Assembly: GCA_030390025.1 (NCBI GenBank) | Contig: CM059432.1 | Location: forward strand, 133,922,001-133,986,000 | DNA length: 64,000 bases | Direction: 5' to 3' | From: Squalus acanthias | Taxonomy: Eukaryota | Notes under the pieces: model-generated | The model's input: the letters and a program-made list of their open reading frames with translations, nothing else | Databases searched by the model: none | Told to the model about the DNA's origin: nothing | Position numbers and translations under genes: made by a program | Part shown: piece after piece, positions 24,223-36,478 of the stretch | How the letters are laid out: the number at the start of each line of letters is the position of its first letter | How positions within the stretch are numbered: the stretch's first letter is position 1

Positions 24223-24586
24223 CAGATTAACTGGTTATTATCACATTGCTATTTGTGGAAGCTTTTTGTGCACACATTGGCTGCCACGTTTCCTGCATTA
24301 CAACAGCGACTACACTGCTTAGAAACTTTGGATGTCCACTTCACATGGGTGTAATCAAATTTGACATCCTGCGTGCTAGATCATCAGGAAATGGTTTGCA
24401 GGACATCCTAAAGTGGGTGGAGATTCAGCATAGGTCAAGTAGGCCCAATTGGAAAATGCAGGCCGTGGATTCACTGGTAGAAATGTGAATAAATAATTTG
24501 AAGCCTGCAAGGAAAAATAATAATTGGGGTGAAAATCTATTTTAAAAAATATATATTTTAGACCCACAAATGCGCACTGACACTAT

Positions 24587-24774
24587 GGGGGTTAATTTTA
24601 AGCTAACCCGCCATGCGGCAATCCCACGGGATCAGGTGGAACGCCGGTTTATCCTGCCCAATATAATTCTCCACTGACTTCAATGGAGAGTAAAATCGGG
24701 CGGGGCATAAAACCAGCATTCCAGCCGATCCCATCAGTTTCCCGATGGGAGGGTTAGGTTAGAATTGACCTCCC
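24587..24774. mobile_element. Palindromic MITE
   Basis: Whole-element imperfect hairpin centred on CTCCACTGACTTCAATGGAG; ends GGGGGTTAATTTTAA / TAGAATTGACCTCCC. Confidence 0.6.
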
Positions 24775-26399
24775 AACTATATGTTGTAACTGAGAAAAGT
24801 TGTACACGACATTCTGTCCCCAGACAGTAATGCCTTTTAGACGATAAAGTGAATCAAGTCTGATTGCTGGTAATGATGGTCAAAAGTGCAGCTGCAGTGA
24901 ACCGCCGATGTCACGTGACAGAATGGGAGATAGGCGATCATTAAAAAACAAGTCACATTGGGTTGCCGGGATCAAGGCAGATCAGCAGCCCTGATAACTC
25001 TCGGAAATCTCTGTCAGCCTAGCAATCATGAACGGCCGGCCGGAGTCTCAGTTTAATGAAGCCGCTTCTATGATTTAAACTATTGCTGTGATTGGCATTG
25101 GATACAAGTGGGCAGGTCCAACATGGTCCCTGAAGCCCATTCGTCATTTTCATATTTTTTTTGTTGAATGATGCATTGTGCGTGTGTTTTGACTATAAAG
25201 TCGCATGAGTTGTTGTAGTGGCTGTGAGACAGCGATGATTCATCCTTTGGTGGCCGGGGCAAGCATATTTTCTGCCGTTTCATCAGCGAAATCCTCTATC
25301 TCCTGCTTTTTTAAATTCCCTGCTTTGCTCCTGTATACCTCTTTCTCCAGATTCTTTACATTATCATTGCAAATCTCACGACGGGGGAATAGGATATGAC
25401 TGACTTAAATATTTTGATTGAAAGAGCAAGAGGTAATGCATGCTTCAGATGATAAAAATCTTAGAGGCGGTCTTTTAACTGAACATATTGACGTTAAGAT
25501 TCTTTTGATGTCTACGCTGTTTTGTTTTGGCTACATATGTACTAAGAGGCCAATGGCTACCAGTGGGTGCCCTAACCCTTGCTGAACTGCAGTCCCTCTG
25601 GCTGAGGCAGCTGGAGCCCCATTGAATTAGTCAAGTGCTTCATTATCTCGCTTTTCTGGATATATTGCTCCAGGTAGCAAATTCCCAAACAAGAGTAAAT
25701 GCCTTCTGCTGTACTGCCTTGAAGTTTGTTTTGGCCTTTCTGCATAATAGCATTGTGTTACGGCCGCAGTATGGGAGGGCATCGCTTTTCATGCATAGCC
25801 TGCAGTTGTTCACAGCCTCCATTTAGTTAAAACAGTTAGACACCATGTAGCTGTTGATGGCAGAGTGCGGTTTAAAACATTCAGCCCCTAGGGAGGAGTA
25901 GGCATTCTCTTCAGTTTGGGCCTAAAGTGATGGAGGGAGTGGGGAGAGGTAATGATTTTGCTCCTGCAATGTGCAGTCGGCAGCACAATCAGAGTCCAGA
26001 GCAGAGAATTAGCAATTCATTTCTTACCAGGTTTCTTCGATGGCAGCTTTTAATAAAATTCTTCCATTCAGGCCTTTCTAACATTACAACAGTGACTACA
26101 CTTCAAAAGTCCTTCATTGACTCTAAACCGCTTTGGGACATCCGGTGGTCGTGAAAGACGCTATATAAATGCAAGTTCTTTCTTTTCTTCCTTTCAATAT
26201 AGGTGAACTGGAAAATGGATTTGGAGTTAAAAATTAAGGATCAAATACTTATGAGGACTTGGATTAAGCAGTAGCCTGGTACAAACTGTGCTGCATAGAT
26301 CCTATCCACCACACCAAGGGCAGACCTCCATCATAACTCTGCGATTAGTGGGGACCGCAGTTGTTGAAAGGTGTTACCTGGAGGTTGGTTATAAAATGA

Positions 26400-26700
26400 A
26401 AGAAAGAGCTTGCTTTACGTCATGCCTTTCAAATCCTCAGAACCTCTCAAAGTGCTTCACCGCCGATGAATTATTTAAGTGAAGTCACTTTTGTTTTGCA
26501 GCCAATTTGCACACAGCGCAAGGTATCACAAATAGCAAATGGGATAAATGACCGAATAATCAGTCTTTGAAGGTGTTGGTCGAGGGATGAAAGTGGTCCA
26601 GGACATCGGGCGAACTCCCCTGCTCTTTGTGTGCCAGGGAATCTTTTATGTCCACCTGAAAAGGAAGAAGGGGCTTCAGCTTAACGTCTCATCGGAAGGA
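26400..26700 (-). mobile_element. Diverged DeuSINE
   Basis: Degenerate match to SINE tail and body. Confidence 0.6.
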
Positions 26701-27632
26701 ACAAGTGCTTTGAGATCCAGGGCTTGGAGTCTATCATGATTGAATCACAGAGAGGCAAGCAGCTCCATATCGCCAATTGTACCGTCTAGGCCATGTGGTT
26801 TTATCCCTTAAACCCCAGCAGTAACCCCCACCCCCGCATACCTGGGAGCCCCCAAGTTTTGGCTCTGACAACCTGCACTTATGCTCCCTTGATTTAGATA
26901 GCAAAGGGAGAGCACTGATAGAAAACGCGGAGTGGGGGTGAGGGGTGGGGAGGGAAGCTGCATGTGGACTTTGATCTAGATGATCAACATGGATATGTGA
27001 CATTCCACTGTATGTAAATTTACATTGATAGTTAAGGGTAAATAAACTGTCTCATTTGTGGGATAATTTGAATAGCTTCCCAGAAGGTTCAATGATCTTT
27101 ATCTAGAAAATACTGTTTTTCTTTAAATCAAAACAAATAAAACACATGTTATGGTGAGCTATGGCAGTTTGTCATGAATGTCAAATGGGCCACAGTTGCC
27201 ACAACTATGAGTCAATTAGATTTCACACTAGTGAAAGAATGCCTATAATTTTCCTGCGTCAGTGAAGTAATTCTGTTTAGTAGGTAGGATCCTGGTACAA
27301 CATTAAGTTATCATATTAAAAGAATCTGATGTCAGTTGCTAAGTATTATTTCACATTCATGAATTCCTTTTGATTTTCACATACTGTGAAATCTGGTGCG
27401 TAAGTCAGGGATCCATATGATCTGCAGATCTAAGGTATGACTTAGTTTTGCACCAGGGCAACTGACATTGCGGCTTGGTTGCACAGCATATAAGTTCACA
27501 AGTATGACCATAGACTACACCCACTCTGTTGGTATCTGCCGTGATGAGAGGATTGGATCATTCCGTGCTGTTATTGGGACACCGAGCTCCCAGGGAGCGC
27601 AGGTCAGAGCATCAGGGTTACAATGTTCATCT

Positions 27633-27997
27633 CTGACCTCTGGGCGTCCCAAAGTGCTTTACAACCAATGAAGAACTTTTTTTTAAAGTGTAGTCACTGT
27701 TGTAATGTAGGAATCCCGGCCGTCAATCTGCACACTGCAAGCTCACACAAACAGCAATGAGATAAATGACCCGATATTTTGTTTTTTTAATGATGTTGGT
27801 TGAAGGATAAATATCGGCCAGGACACCAGGGAGAACTCTACTGATCTATTTCGAAATAGTGCCATGGGATCTTTTACGTCTACCAGAGAGGGCAGAAGGG
27901 GCCTCGGTTTAACGTCTCATCCAAAAGATGGCATTTCCGTCAGTGCAACACTCCCTCAGTACTGCACTGAAGTGTCAGCCTAGATTTTGTACTCAAG
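27633..27997 (-). mobile_element. DeuSINE (SacSINE1-like)
   Basis: Reverse-complement match to 31150-31500. Confidence 0.85.
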
Positions 27998-29071
27998 TGA
28001 GAGGTGAAATTTGGTGCCTATTAAGATGAGGGGTATCATTGCCATGTAATGAAATACTTTTCTTTTGGGCGCCCGGTAATATTGTCAAACACAGGTCAGG
28101 GTAGACATGATGTAAGGCCTCTTACTCACTTCGGTAGTTATGTGCCTCTAACCATGACGTCAGAAGGGCACCTTCCTCCATCCCCATCCCCCACCATCCT
28201 TCCCCCCCCCACCTTGCCCCAGAACCAGTGTGATATTTCTCATTCCATTCCCCATAGTAGCCATCCTTATTGTCTCTAACTTGTCAACTCAATGGCAATT
28301 GGTATTGGATTAGGGAGAGCTTTGGGCTCTTGAGTTCATTAGGAATTGGCACTGGGTTGGGACTGTTAGGACTTGTTACAGATAAACACCTTCCGGCTGG
28401 AGGCAACAAAGCAATGCGCTAATCCACTGCAGCAGCCACCAATCTCCTGTAAATATGTGGTGAAACATTGGCCATGAGAGCCTCCTTCTTGCCTAAAGGA
28501 ACATGCTCAAGGAGATAGTGGTGTGTATTGCAGTTATGCTGTTACTAAGCTATTAGACCTCACCTGCATAACTGGTTTGCATCAAAAGCTTATTTGCTGA
28601 ACTAAAATGTATCAATGTTCAGTTAGTCGGTCTTTCCTGAAGAAAAAAAGACTGCCTTATTATTCACGGTGCCTTGTGTCTTACAAAGGAGGTCAGGTAA
28701 ATCAGTTCCCAAATCCAAAACTAGCCATTAATATCTACACTGTAAATGCTAATCTCTTTATAGCAGCGTATTAGCAGTAAATCTTTCCAAGAGAAAAAAA
28801 GTGCTTCAAAGATTGATGTATGAAACCCTGTGTTTATCCCCCATGTGAGTGAAACTAATTAAATAACTCTCCCTTTCCCGCTTTTAGAGACAAGTCTTTG
28901 TAACTCGTGAATATACAGCAATCACAATATCATGGGTTGGATTTTATACTCTATGTTGGTTTGAAAACCTATTTTTGCACCTCATTTCCCCAGAGGCACA
29001 AACAGAAGAAAGCACCTCCGTGAATTATTTTCCTAATAAAATAAGCCAGTGGCTCAGTGGGTAGCACTCTC

Positions 29072-31083
29072 TCGGTGGGAGGGGCGAGGACTGAGCAGGT
29101 GCTGCTGGGTGCTTGATTACTGCAGGGAGTTGGAGTGAGTTTGTTAAAAGTTGGTGGTGTTTTTTTTCAGGTTTTAGGGCCTTTTTGGTCCTTAAACAGC
29201 AGCCATGGGCCCATAGTGCCGGGCCCCTCAGAAGGACAATGTTCCCAGGATGAATTTAATCAGGGGAGAAAATGTTGGGGGAAAGAAGAAAGAAAGGCCC
29301 AAAGATTTGGGCCAGGACCCCAGGAGGTTTAGAAAAGAAAACACGGTGGTGTTTCAGTGCGAGGATAAGGAGATACGAGCTTGGGATATTATCCAGGCGG
29401 TACATGAGGACTGCGGTGAGGGAAGCTGCTTTGCCTGCCGACCAAAGCCGAATGTTGGGTTCGAGGTGACGGTCAGTGGCCGAGAGGAGGTGGAAAGGCT
29501 TTTACTGAGTTTGAAGGTTGGAGATAAGTTTTTGGAGGTATCTCTGCTATATTCTGAAGAGGTGGTGATCTCATTCTTAAACTTGCCGGTTTATATTGAG
29601 GAAGATGTGCTAATAAAAAAGTTGAGTCATGGGACATTAAAATTTGCTCAGCAATAAAGAGGAGATACTATCCAGGAACACGGGTAGCAGATGGAACCCG
29701 TTATGTAAAGGTGCGGTTCCCAGAGGGGGTGAAGTCATTGCCGTATAGCATGAAATTTGAGACAATGGAAGGAGTGCAGTACTTCCGAGCACTGCATGAT
29801 AACCAAGTGAAGGTTTGTTATTATTGTCTTGGACATGACCATCTTGTAAGAAGCTGTCCAGACTTATACTGTTATAACTGCGGCGAGTCTGGATACATTG
29901 CTCAGAGCTGCAAGGCGGAGAGCAGTAGGGTGTGTCACAAAGGCCCCACCTGCTGTGAGTGTGTGGCAGAAGGAAGCCCCTTGAGTGATGAGGAGATGGG
30001 GGAAGGAGAAGGAGCAGGAGGTGTGAGTGGAGCGGCTGGAGGAGCGGAGCAGGCGGAGGACACAGCTGATGAATGGAAGGAGAAAAGAGCGCAGGAAGAG
30101 GCAGAAAATTGCAGAGCAGAGAACAGATGGAGATGGTGGAAAACACACCAAGTACGGTGGAAAAGGACAAGACAGTACAGGTCGAGGGCAGAGTTGAGTC
30201 ATAATATGGCTCGGCTCTCCCTAAAGAAGCTGGTGTCCGCGGGGGAGAGGAGGCGGGAGCGGGGTGCGGGTTAAATGTCAGTGCTCCAAAGAAAGATGGA
30301 GAGTCGGACATCTCGGGGAGCAGGAGGGGACAAAACAAGGAGAGGGTGCAAGAGGCAGGAGCCTTAAAGGGACAGCAGGACAGAAGCGGGGAGACAAAGA
30401 TGCCAGTAGGAACAAGATAGGTGCAGATGCGCCATTGTCCCAGAGAGAGAAGAAATGGGGAGCAAGGGTCAGCGGTGGACATGAGGCCGAAGGGAGTGAC
30501 ACTTTTGAAGAACCTGTGATAGCAGGAAGACTTTCTAAGGGAGATTATGTATCTAACGGGGAGCAGGGACGGGTGGTTACAGAAGAGCTCGAGAGTGAGG
30601 AGTCAGAGGGGGACAGAGACATGGAAATTGGGGGTGGGGTGGCATCGTGTGAAAAGGGAACGATTAGTGAGGGGCAGAAGGAGGGAGAAGGGGCAGCTCC
30701 TCGGCCTAAACCTAATGTAAGGAAGAGGCTGAAACTGCAGGAGAGGTTCAAACAGGAGGTGAAAAAGAGCCGGAGGCCGCAGGAGAAAGCAACAGCTGGC
30801 CGAAAAGTTGGGAAGTAGCATGAGAGGAGGAAAGGGCCGGAGATTAAATGATGTGGGGATTATCAGGCACACTTCCCTTATTCGGAGCCATGATTACTGA
30901 TCAATTTTTAAAGTACAATAGATTAGTATAGCTATGGGAGACAAATTAAACTTCAGGTTTTGATGTTAATATGTGGTGGAGGAATGGCTGTGCAGAGCGG
31001 CAGAATGGATTTGCATGATACAATGGAATGATCACGATGTTGTAAATGTTTTTAAAGTTCAATAAATAATACATTTTAAAAAA
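29072..31083 (+). mobile_element. Tx1/L1-clade non-LTR element carrying only ORF1 (no endonuclease or RT)
   Basis: 16-bp TSD AGTGGGTAGCACTCTC / AGTAGGTAGCACCCTC; 5' UTR; ORF1; about 265-bp 3' region; AATAAA at 31061; short A tail. Confidence 0.82.
29205..30818 (+). pseudogene. Tx1-type ORF1 (ZCCHC3-like, CCHC zinc knuckles), disrupted
   Basis: GCCATGG at 29205 is in frame with ORF 29250 through one TAG; VVISFLNLPVYIEE; frameshift near 29623; IKRRYYPGTRVADGTRYVKVRFPEGVKSLPYS; CYYCLGHDHLVRSC and CYNCGESGYIAQSC; charged low-complexity C-terminus. Confidence 0.82.
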
Positions 31084-34000
31084 AGTAGGTAGCACCCTCG
31101 CCTCTGAGTCAGAAGGTTATGGGTTCAAGTCTCACTCCAGGGACTTGAGCACAAAAATCTAGGCTGACACTCCCAGTGCAGTACTGAGGGAGTGCTGCAC
31201 TGTCGGAGGTGCCGTCTTTCAGATGAGACGTTAAACCGAGGCCCCGTCTGCTCTCTCAGGTGGACATAAAAGATCCCATGGCACTATTTCGAAGAAGAGC
31301 AAGGGAGTTATCCCTGGTATCCTGGGCAATATTTATCCCTCAATCAACATCACTAAAACAGATTATCTGGTCATTATCACATTGCTGTTTGTGGGAGCTT
31401 GCTGCGCACAGATTGGCTGCCATGTTTCCTACATTACAACAGTGACTACACTTCAAAAAGTACCTCATTGGCTGTAAAAGCGCTTCTGATGTCCGGTGGT
31501 CGTGAAAGGCGCTATAGAAATGTAAGACTTTCTTCTTTTTCTTCCTTTTAATGTTTCCACAGATTTTAGCTGATCTGAGCTGGGATGGTGAAGGGGAAAA
31601 GAAATCAACTTCTGGTTGCTATCACTGACGCCAGCTGGAAAGTGTGTGGGAGTCGGTTAAGGCCGAGATCTGACTTGGTTGTGATGACCGCACAGTGGAA
31701 TAGCCTGATGACGCTATCTGGACTCACAAATGAAGTATGGTCACTTGGGCAGGAGGATATCACCTTCAGGAGAGAAGGGGGGCGGAAAGGTATTACGCAC
31801 ATTTTCATTTATACTTAAATGCATCTTACAAATCTGTGCCAGCTCCAATATGCATGTTACTTTCAGTTGGCAGAGTGGGGCGGTCTAGGTTACAATCTTA
31901 TCAGATCCTCCCTCTCCTCATTGTTGTCCAACAAGAACGTAAGAAGAACATAAGAAATAGGAGCAGGAGTAGGCCATTCGGCTCTTCGAGCCTGCTCCAC
32001 CATTCAATAAGATCAATTGCCCCTGATATCGCAACTGACATTAGAAGTGCCAGTGTGAATTTCAGGCCAGGTTAGGATTCGAATTCATGTCTCCCAGTAG
32101 GAAATCCACTGCTGTGGCGTTGCTGATACATTTAGCTGACTCGCATCCTTTTAATAAGGAATCCTTTCTTCGCGACAGTTTTTAGTTGATTCAGCTTGTC
32201 AGATTGAGTTTCTTTGTTTTTGTTTTCTTTCTCAAAGTTCGATATCGTAATTTAGCATAAGGTTAGAGTTCGCGGTCCAGGGCGGGGGAGCGGGGTGGGG
32301 TGGGGCAGGCGGTGGGGGGTGGGGTGGTTAGGGGCGGAAGAAATATGTTGCAATTTTCAAAGATGCCAAGTAGCCTGGCGGCTGGGGTGAACATTCCACC
32401 GTTTTCGTGGACCAAAGCAAGTGTTAAATCCTTGCTGCTGAGCTGACAATATTTCAACTATCCGGAGTCAAAGGGAAAATTGTAGTTTGAGTCCCCCTGT
32501 AGACAGCTTCTCCTGAGGTCATTACCTTTACCTAAGAATGCAGCTGTTGGCTGTTAATATAAGGACTGAACACAAGGAATCTTTAAGGTAGTCTGTTCTC
32601 CTGGCATTCCCCTCCATCCGCTCCCCCCCCCACCCCCACCTTCCCACACTAAGGTGAGGTTATCATGCTGCCATCTGAGAGGCAGACATGACTTGGACTG
32701 CTGATGCGCTGCAATGCAAAAGGCCTTTGTGAACCACTGATTAGAGCAATCAGTCGTCCTGCCAGGGTTACTGTGCAGGTGTGTGCTTACAGTAACACCT
32801 GCATGTGGAACCTCCAGACTGCAGCCTCGCTCTCAGTCAGCCCAATCCATCTTCCCGAGTGTTATTTATTATTGTTTCACTAGTTATTCAACGTGCCAAT
32901 TAAAAAAAAAGTTTTACGGGAAAAAAAAACTATTTCTTTTAATATTTTCATTAAGTTTCCCAAGCGCTAATGGTTGCTCTGTTCCCTGGGTAAGGATGAT
33001 GTCCTGAATAATGAAAGCTCATTATTTCACCGCAGAATGCTTGTTAATTCAAATGATGATATTAAAACTATAGTAGCCTTTAGCAGTAGAGTGATTTCTA
33101 GCATACTTTATCATGTATCAATATATACTCTGTTTGTCAAAATTGCCCAGGGCTGGGACTGACATTCTCTGCGGAGGAGTCTAGTGCTTCAAGAGCCATT
33201 GAATACACTGAGGTGACAACTTACAGAGTCCGTGCCTTCAGGAGATGAAAGGATGAAGCTGAAAGTGTCATTTTTTTTTACTTTTGATGATTATTTTTAA
33301 TCGTGTGTAACAATATCCTTTTTAATTTTCCAAGATATTTATATTCACTTCAGCGTTGAATTGTAGTGTGCCTTTCTTTTCTCCCCTTACCTCATTTTAA
33401 GAATGTTCCTGATACCGGGGATGTTGATGAATTATTTCGCTATGCCCTTTTGACACTTGACCTTATAAGTCGGGAGAGGACAGGGTCCTAAAATATTGAG
33501 ACAGCAAATTCAGACTCTGGGCATTTTGCCACGCACTTCTTTTCTCTTTCTCTCTCTTTCTCCCTCTTTCAAATATTCAGTTGCCAAGCCTAGAGCACAA
33601 AAATATGGATATGTCATTAATTTGCTGAGAGTGCTAAACCTTGGCTCTCTCATGAACATGACGTACCAGTGTAACTGGTTTTACACACCCAGGGAAGAAA
33701 TGACAGCTTCTTTCTTTTGTAAGCTGTTAAAAGTCATAAACACGAGCTGCCTGCACGCCCAAACCTGCCTGTAAAGAAATGCCTGAACACCCAATATGGC
33801 AGGGATCATTGAGGAACATTATCGGCTTTTAGACAACTCGCTATAAACCGGCTGAAGGTGCTTTATAGTTCTCGCAGGCTACAGGTGGCAATCCCCGGGA
33901 CCTCGCGTCAATTAACTGCACACCCTACGACTGCCTTCTGCCTGCCTCATTCTCTCACAATACGGCTTTATAAAAGACAACCTTCTTATTTGAAAATGGC

Positions 34001-34689
34001 AACTGGCCATTTTGAATTTGCCCAGAGGTGAATCAGCCAGCAGCATTTCCTGGATGTGGTGCAAATTATTTGCAAACCAGTTTTCACTCAAGAGTTCCGC
34101 GTTTTCTCCCTGTTCCTGTCCCTCTCTATGAAAAGGTTGAAATCCGACTGTAGCTATTTTTTTTTGCGGGGAAGTAGATTTGCTCATTCCCACCATGTGC
34201 TGTCTTTCACCTGCGTGTGCTTGTCTCTTGTGTGACCATGCCTGATGTTTCTTCTTTGGAAATGGATTTGACTCTCCCACTTTTAGCACACCTAGCCACT
34301 GCGCAGCAACACGATGCACAACACTCTTTATTTTGACATCTTTAACTCTTTTGTGACTGCAATAATATGCCGGCGCCAATATTAAAGTGGCACCACCTTC
34401 GTGTAAAAGTATTTGGCAAGCCTTTTATTTCTGTCTGGGAAAGAGAGAAGCACAAGAAGAGACTTGTGTCCATTTTATCATGATGATAGGTGACATGCTG
34501 TGCCGTGACAGAATTTATATCACGTCTTGTGCTTGTAAAGCAGCATAAAAATCAACAACAACAACAACAACTTGTATTTATATAGCGCCTTTAAATCTTG
34601 CCAAATACTTTTGTAAAGATGGTTCCCCTTTAAAACAATACGAAAATTATGTTTTTTCTCTTCATATACATTTAATACCACAAACAGCC

Positions 34690-35590
34690 CGTGCCAACCG
34701 ACAGCAGAACCTGGGCAACATCCAGGTGTGGGCTGACAACTGGCAAGCAAGTTTCGTGCCCACATAAGTGCCAGGCAATTCCCATCACCAACAAGGAAAG
34801 ACCCAATCACCTCCCTCGACCTTCAATGGCAAAACCATCACCGAGTCCACCACCATCAGTATCTGACAAGCAGCTTAATTGGACCAGCCGTACAAACACC
34901 GTGGCTATAAGAGCAGGGAAGAGACTGGGTACTCTACAGCGAGTGGTTCACTTCCAGATCAATGTAAGCCGGTGAGCCGGCTGTGCGGGGGGCTGTTCCT
35001 GACCCCCTCAAAGCTTCTCCACCATCAACAAGGCTCAAGTCAGAAGTGTGATGGAAAACTCATCAACCAGCTGATCGGTGCAGTTGCAGGAACACTCCAG
35101 AAGTTTGAAACCATCCAGGATACAGCAGTCCATTTGATTGGCACCTCTGCCACTGGACTCAATGTCCATCCCCTCCAATGTGGCTGCAGGATGTACTATT
35201 TATAGGATGCACTACAGCAACTCACAAAGCTTACTGCAAAAGCACCTCCCTCCCTTGCAACCTCTACCATTGAGAAGGGTGAGCAGCAATATTGTGGAAA
35301 TAACATCACCTCCAAGTTCCTCTCCAAGTCATACACCACTTTGATTTGGACAGAAAGCGGGTAATGTTCAGCTTTGTCACCTGTGAAGTAACCTGTTTGA
35401 GCGGACTGCCTGCCCGTTGCAGAACACACCCAATTTTATAAAGGGTGCCCGCTCCAGCAGATTACCACCTAGGTGGTACAGTTGAAAATTTCCCCATACT
35501 GTCGCTCTTTCATCTTTGCTGGGTCAAAATCCTGGAATTCTTCACCTAACACCATTGTGGGAGCACTATCACTACAAGGACTGCAGCATA
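34690..35590 (+). mobile_element. Old diverged relative of the 21301 LINE (3' part) with small insertions
   Basis: HKCQAIPITNKERPNHLP..KQLNWTSRTNTVAIRAGKRLG aligns to ORF 22748-23707. Confidence 0.72.
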
Positions 35591-35938
35591 GACTCATAGA
35601 ATGATACAGCACATTCGGCCCATCGTGTCTGTGCCAGCTCTTTGGTGGAGCTATCCAATTAATCCCACTCCCTGGCTCTTTCCCCATAGCCCTGTAATTT
35701 TTTTCCCTTCCCTTTTGAAAGTTACGATTGAATCTGCTTCCACCGCCCTTTCAGGCAGTGCATTCCAGATCACAACAACTCGCTGCGTAAAAAACTGTTT
35801 CCTCCTGTTGTCTCTGTTCCTTTTGCCAATCACCTTAAATCTGTGTCCTCTGGTTACAGACCCTTCTGCCGCTGGAAATAGTTTCTCCTTATTTACTCTA
35901 TCAAAACCGTTCATGATTTTGAACACCTCCATCAAATC
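35590..35938 (-). mobile_element. CR1 LINE 3' fragment
   Basis: ORF 35651-35935 (EVFKIMNGFDRV..TRGHRFKV..FFTQRVVVIWNALP). Confidence 0.9.
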
Positions 35939-36061
35939 TGCAGCAGTTCATGCAAAAGCCCACCAGCCTCTTCTCAGGGCAACTGGGGAGGGGGGGCAAT
36001 CTCAACGTTGCATGCAGAGAGAGATTTACAAAGAGGATAGTGAGAACTCTCCGCTAATTTC

Positions 36062-36468
36062 AAAAAGAAAGACTTGCAATTATACCGCACCTTTCATGAC
36101 CTCAGGACGTCCCAAAGCATTTTACAGTCAATGAAGTACTTTTGAAGTGTAGTCACTGTTGTAATGCAGGAAACGCGGCAGTACATCAAGGTCCAACAAA
36201 CAGCAATGTGATAATCACCAGATAATCTGTTTTAACGATGTTGATTGAGGGATAAATATTTGCCAGGACACCGGGGATAACTCCCTTGCTCTTCTTCAAA
36301 ATTGTGCCATGGGATCTTTTATATTCACCTGAAAGGGCAGACGGGGCCTCGGTTTAACGTCTCACCCGAAAGATGGCACCTCCGATAGTGCAGTATTAAG
36401 AGAGTCCAGAGAGTACAGCACTGGAGAGTCAGACCTAGATTTTTGTGCTTAAGTCTCTGGAGTGGGAC
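36062..36468 (-). mobile_element. DeuSINE body (head displaced to 39833-39884 by a CR1 insertion)
   Basis: Body stops at box B (AGTCCCACTCC); head GTCAGCCGTAGCTCAGTTGGTAGCACTCTCGCC lies on the minus strand at 39833-39884. Confidence 0.82.
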
Positions 36469-36478
36469 TATGAGTCAT

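Larger units (their letters stand above)
29044..31545 (+). mobile_element. Full-length DeuSINE split in its tRNA head by a Tx1-type insertion
   Basis: Head 29044-29071 (AGCCAGTGGCTCAGTGGGTAGCACTCTC) resumes at 31084 and runs through box B, Deu domain and tail. Confidence 0.88.

Noticed and set aside
29205..30818. Host ZCCHC3 gene or processed pseudogene
   Set aside because: In-frame stop, frameshifts, long charged C-terminal tail and Tx1-like architecture fit a retroelement ORF1 better; a domesticated origin is not formally excluded without a phylogeny
29637..30872. Long minus-strand ORFs (281, 112, 89 aa) and similar antisense ORFs over the CR1 copies
   Set aside because: Antisense shadows of purine-rich retroelement coding sequence
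29044..31140. tRNA gene-like sequences (also 3920, 21301, 39833, 56700)
   Set aside because: Each is continuous with a SINE or LINE body or is a fragment of such a head; no complete cloverleaf with terminator
32280..32337. G-quadruplex-capable G-run cluster
   Set aside because: Low-complexity tract probably inside a small MITE; common and with no supporting context
32957..32990. Possible 34-nt exon (TTTCATTAAG|..CCCTGG|GTAAGG)
   Set aside because: Weak acceptor, not a multiple of three, unrecognised peptide and no partner exons
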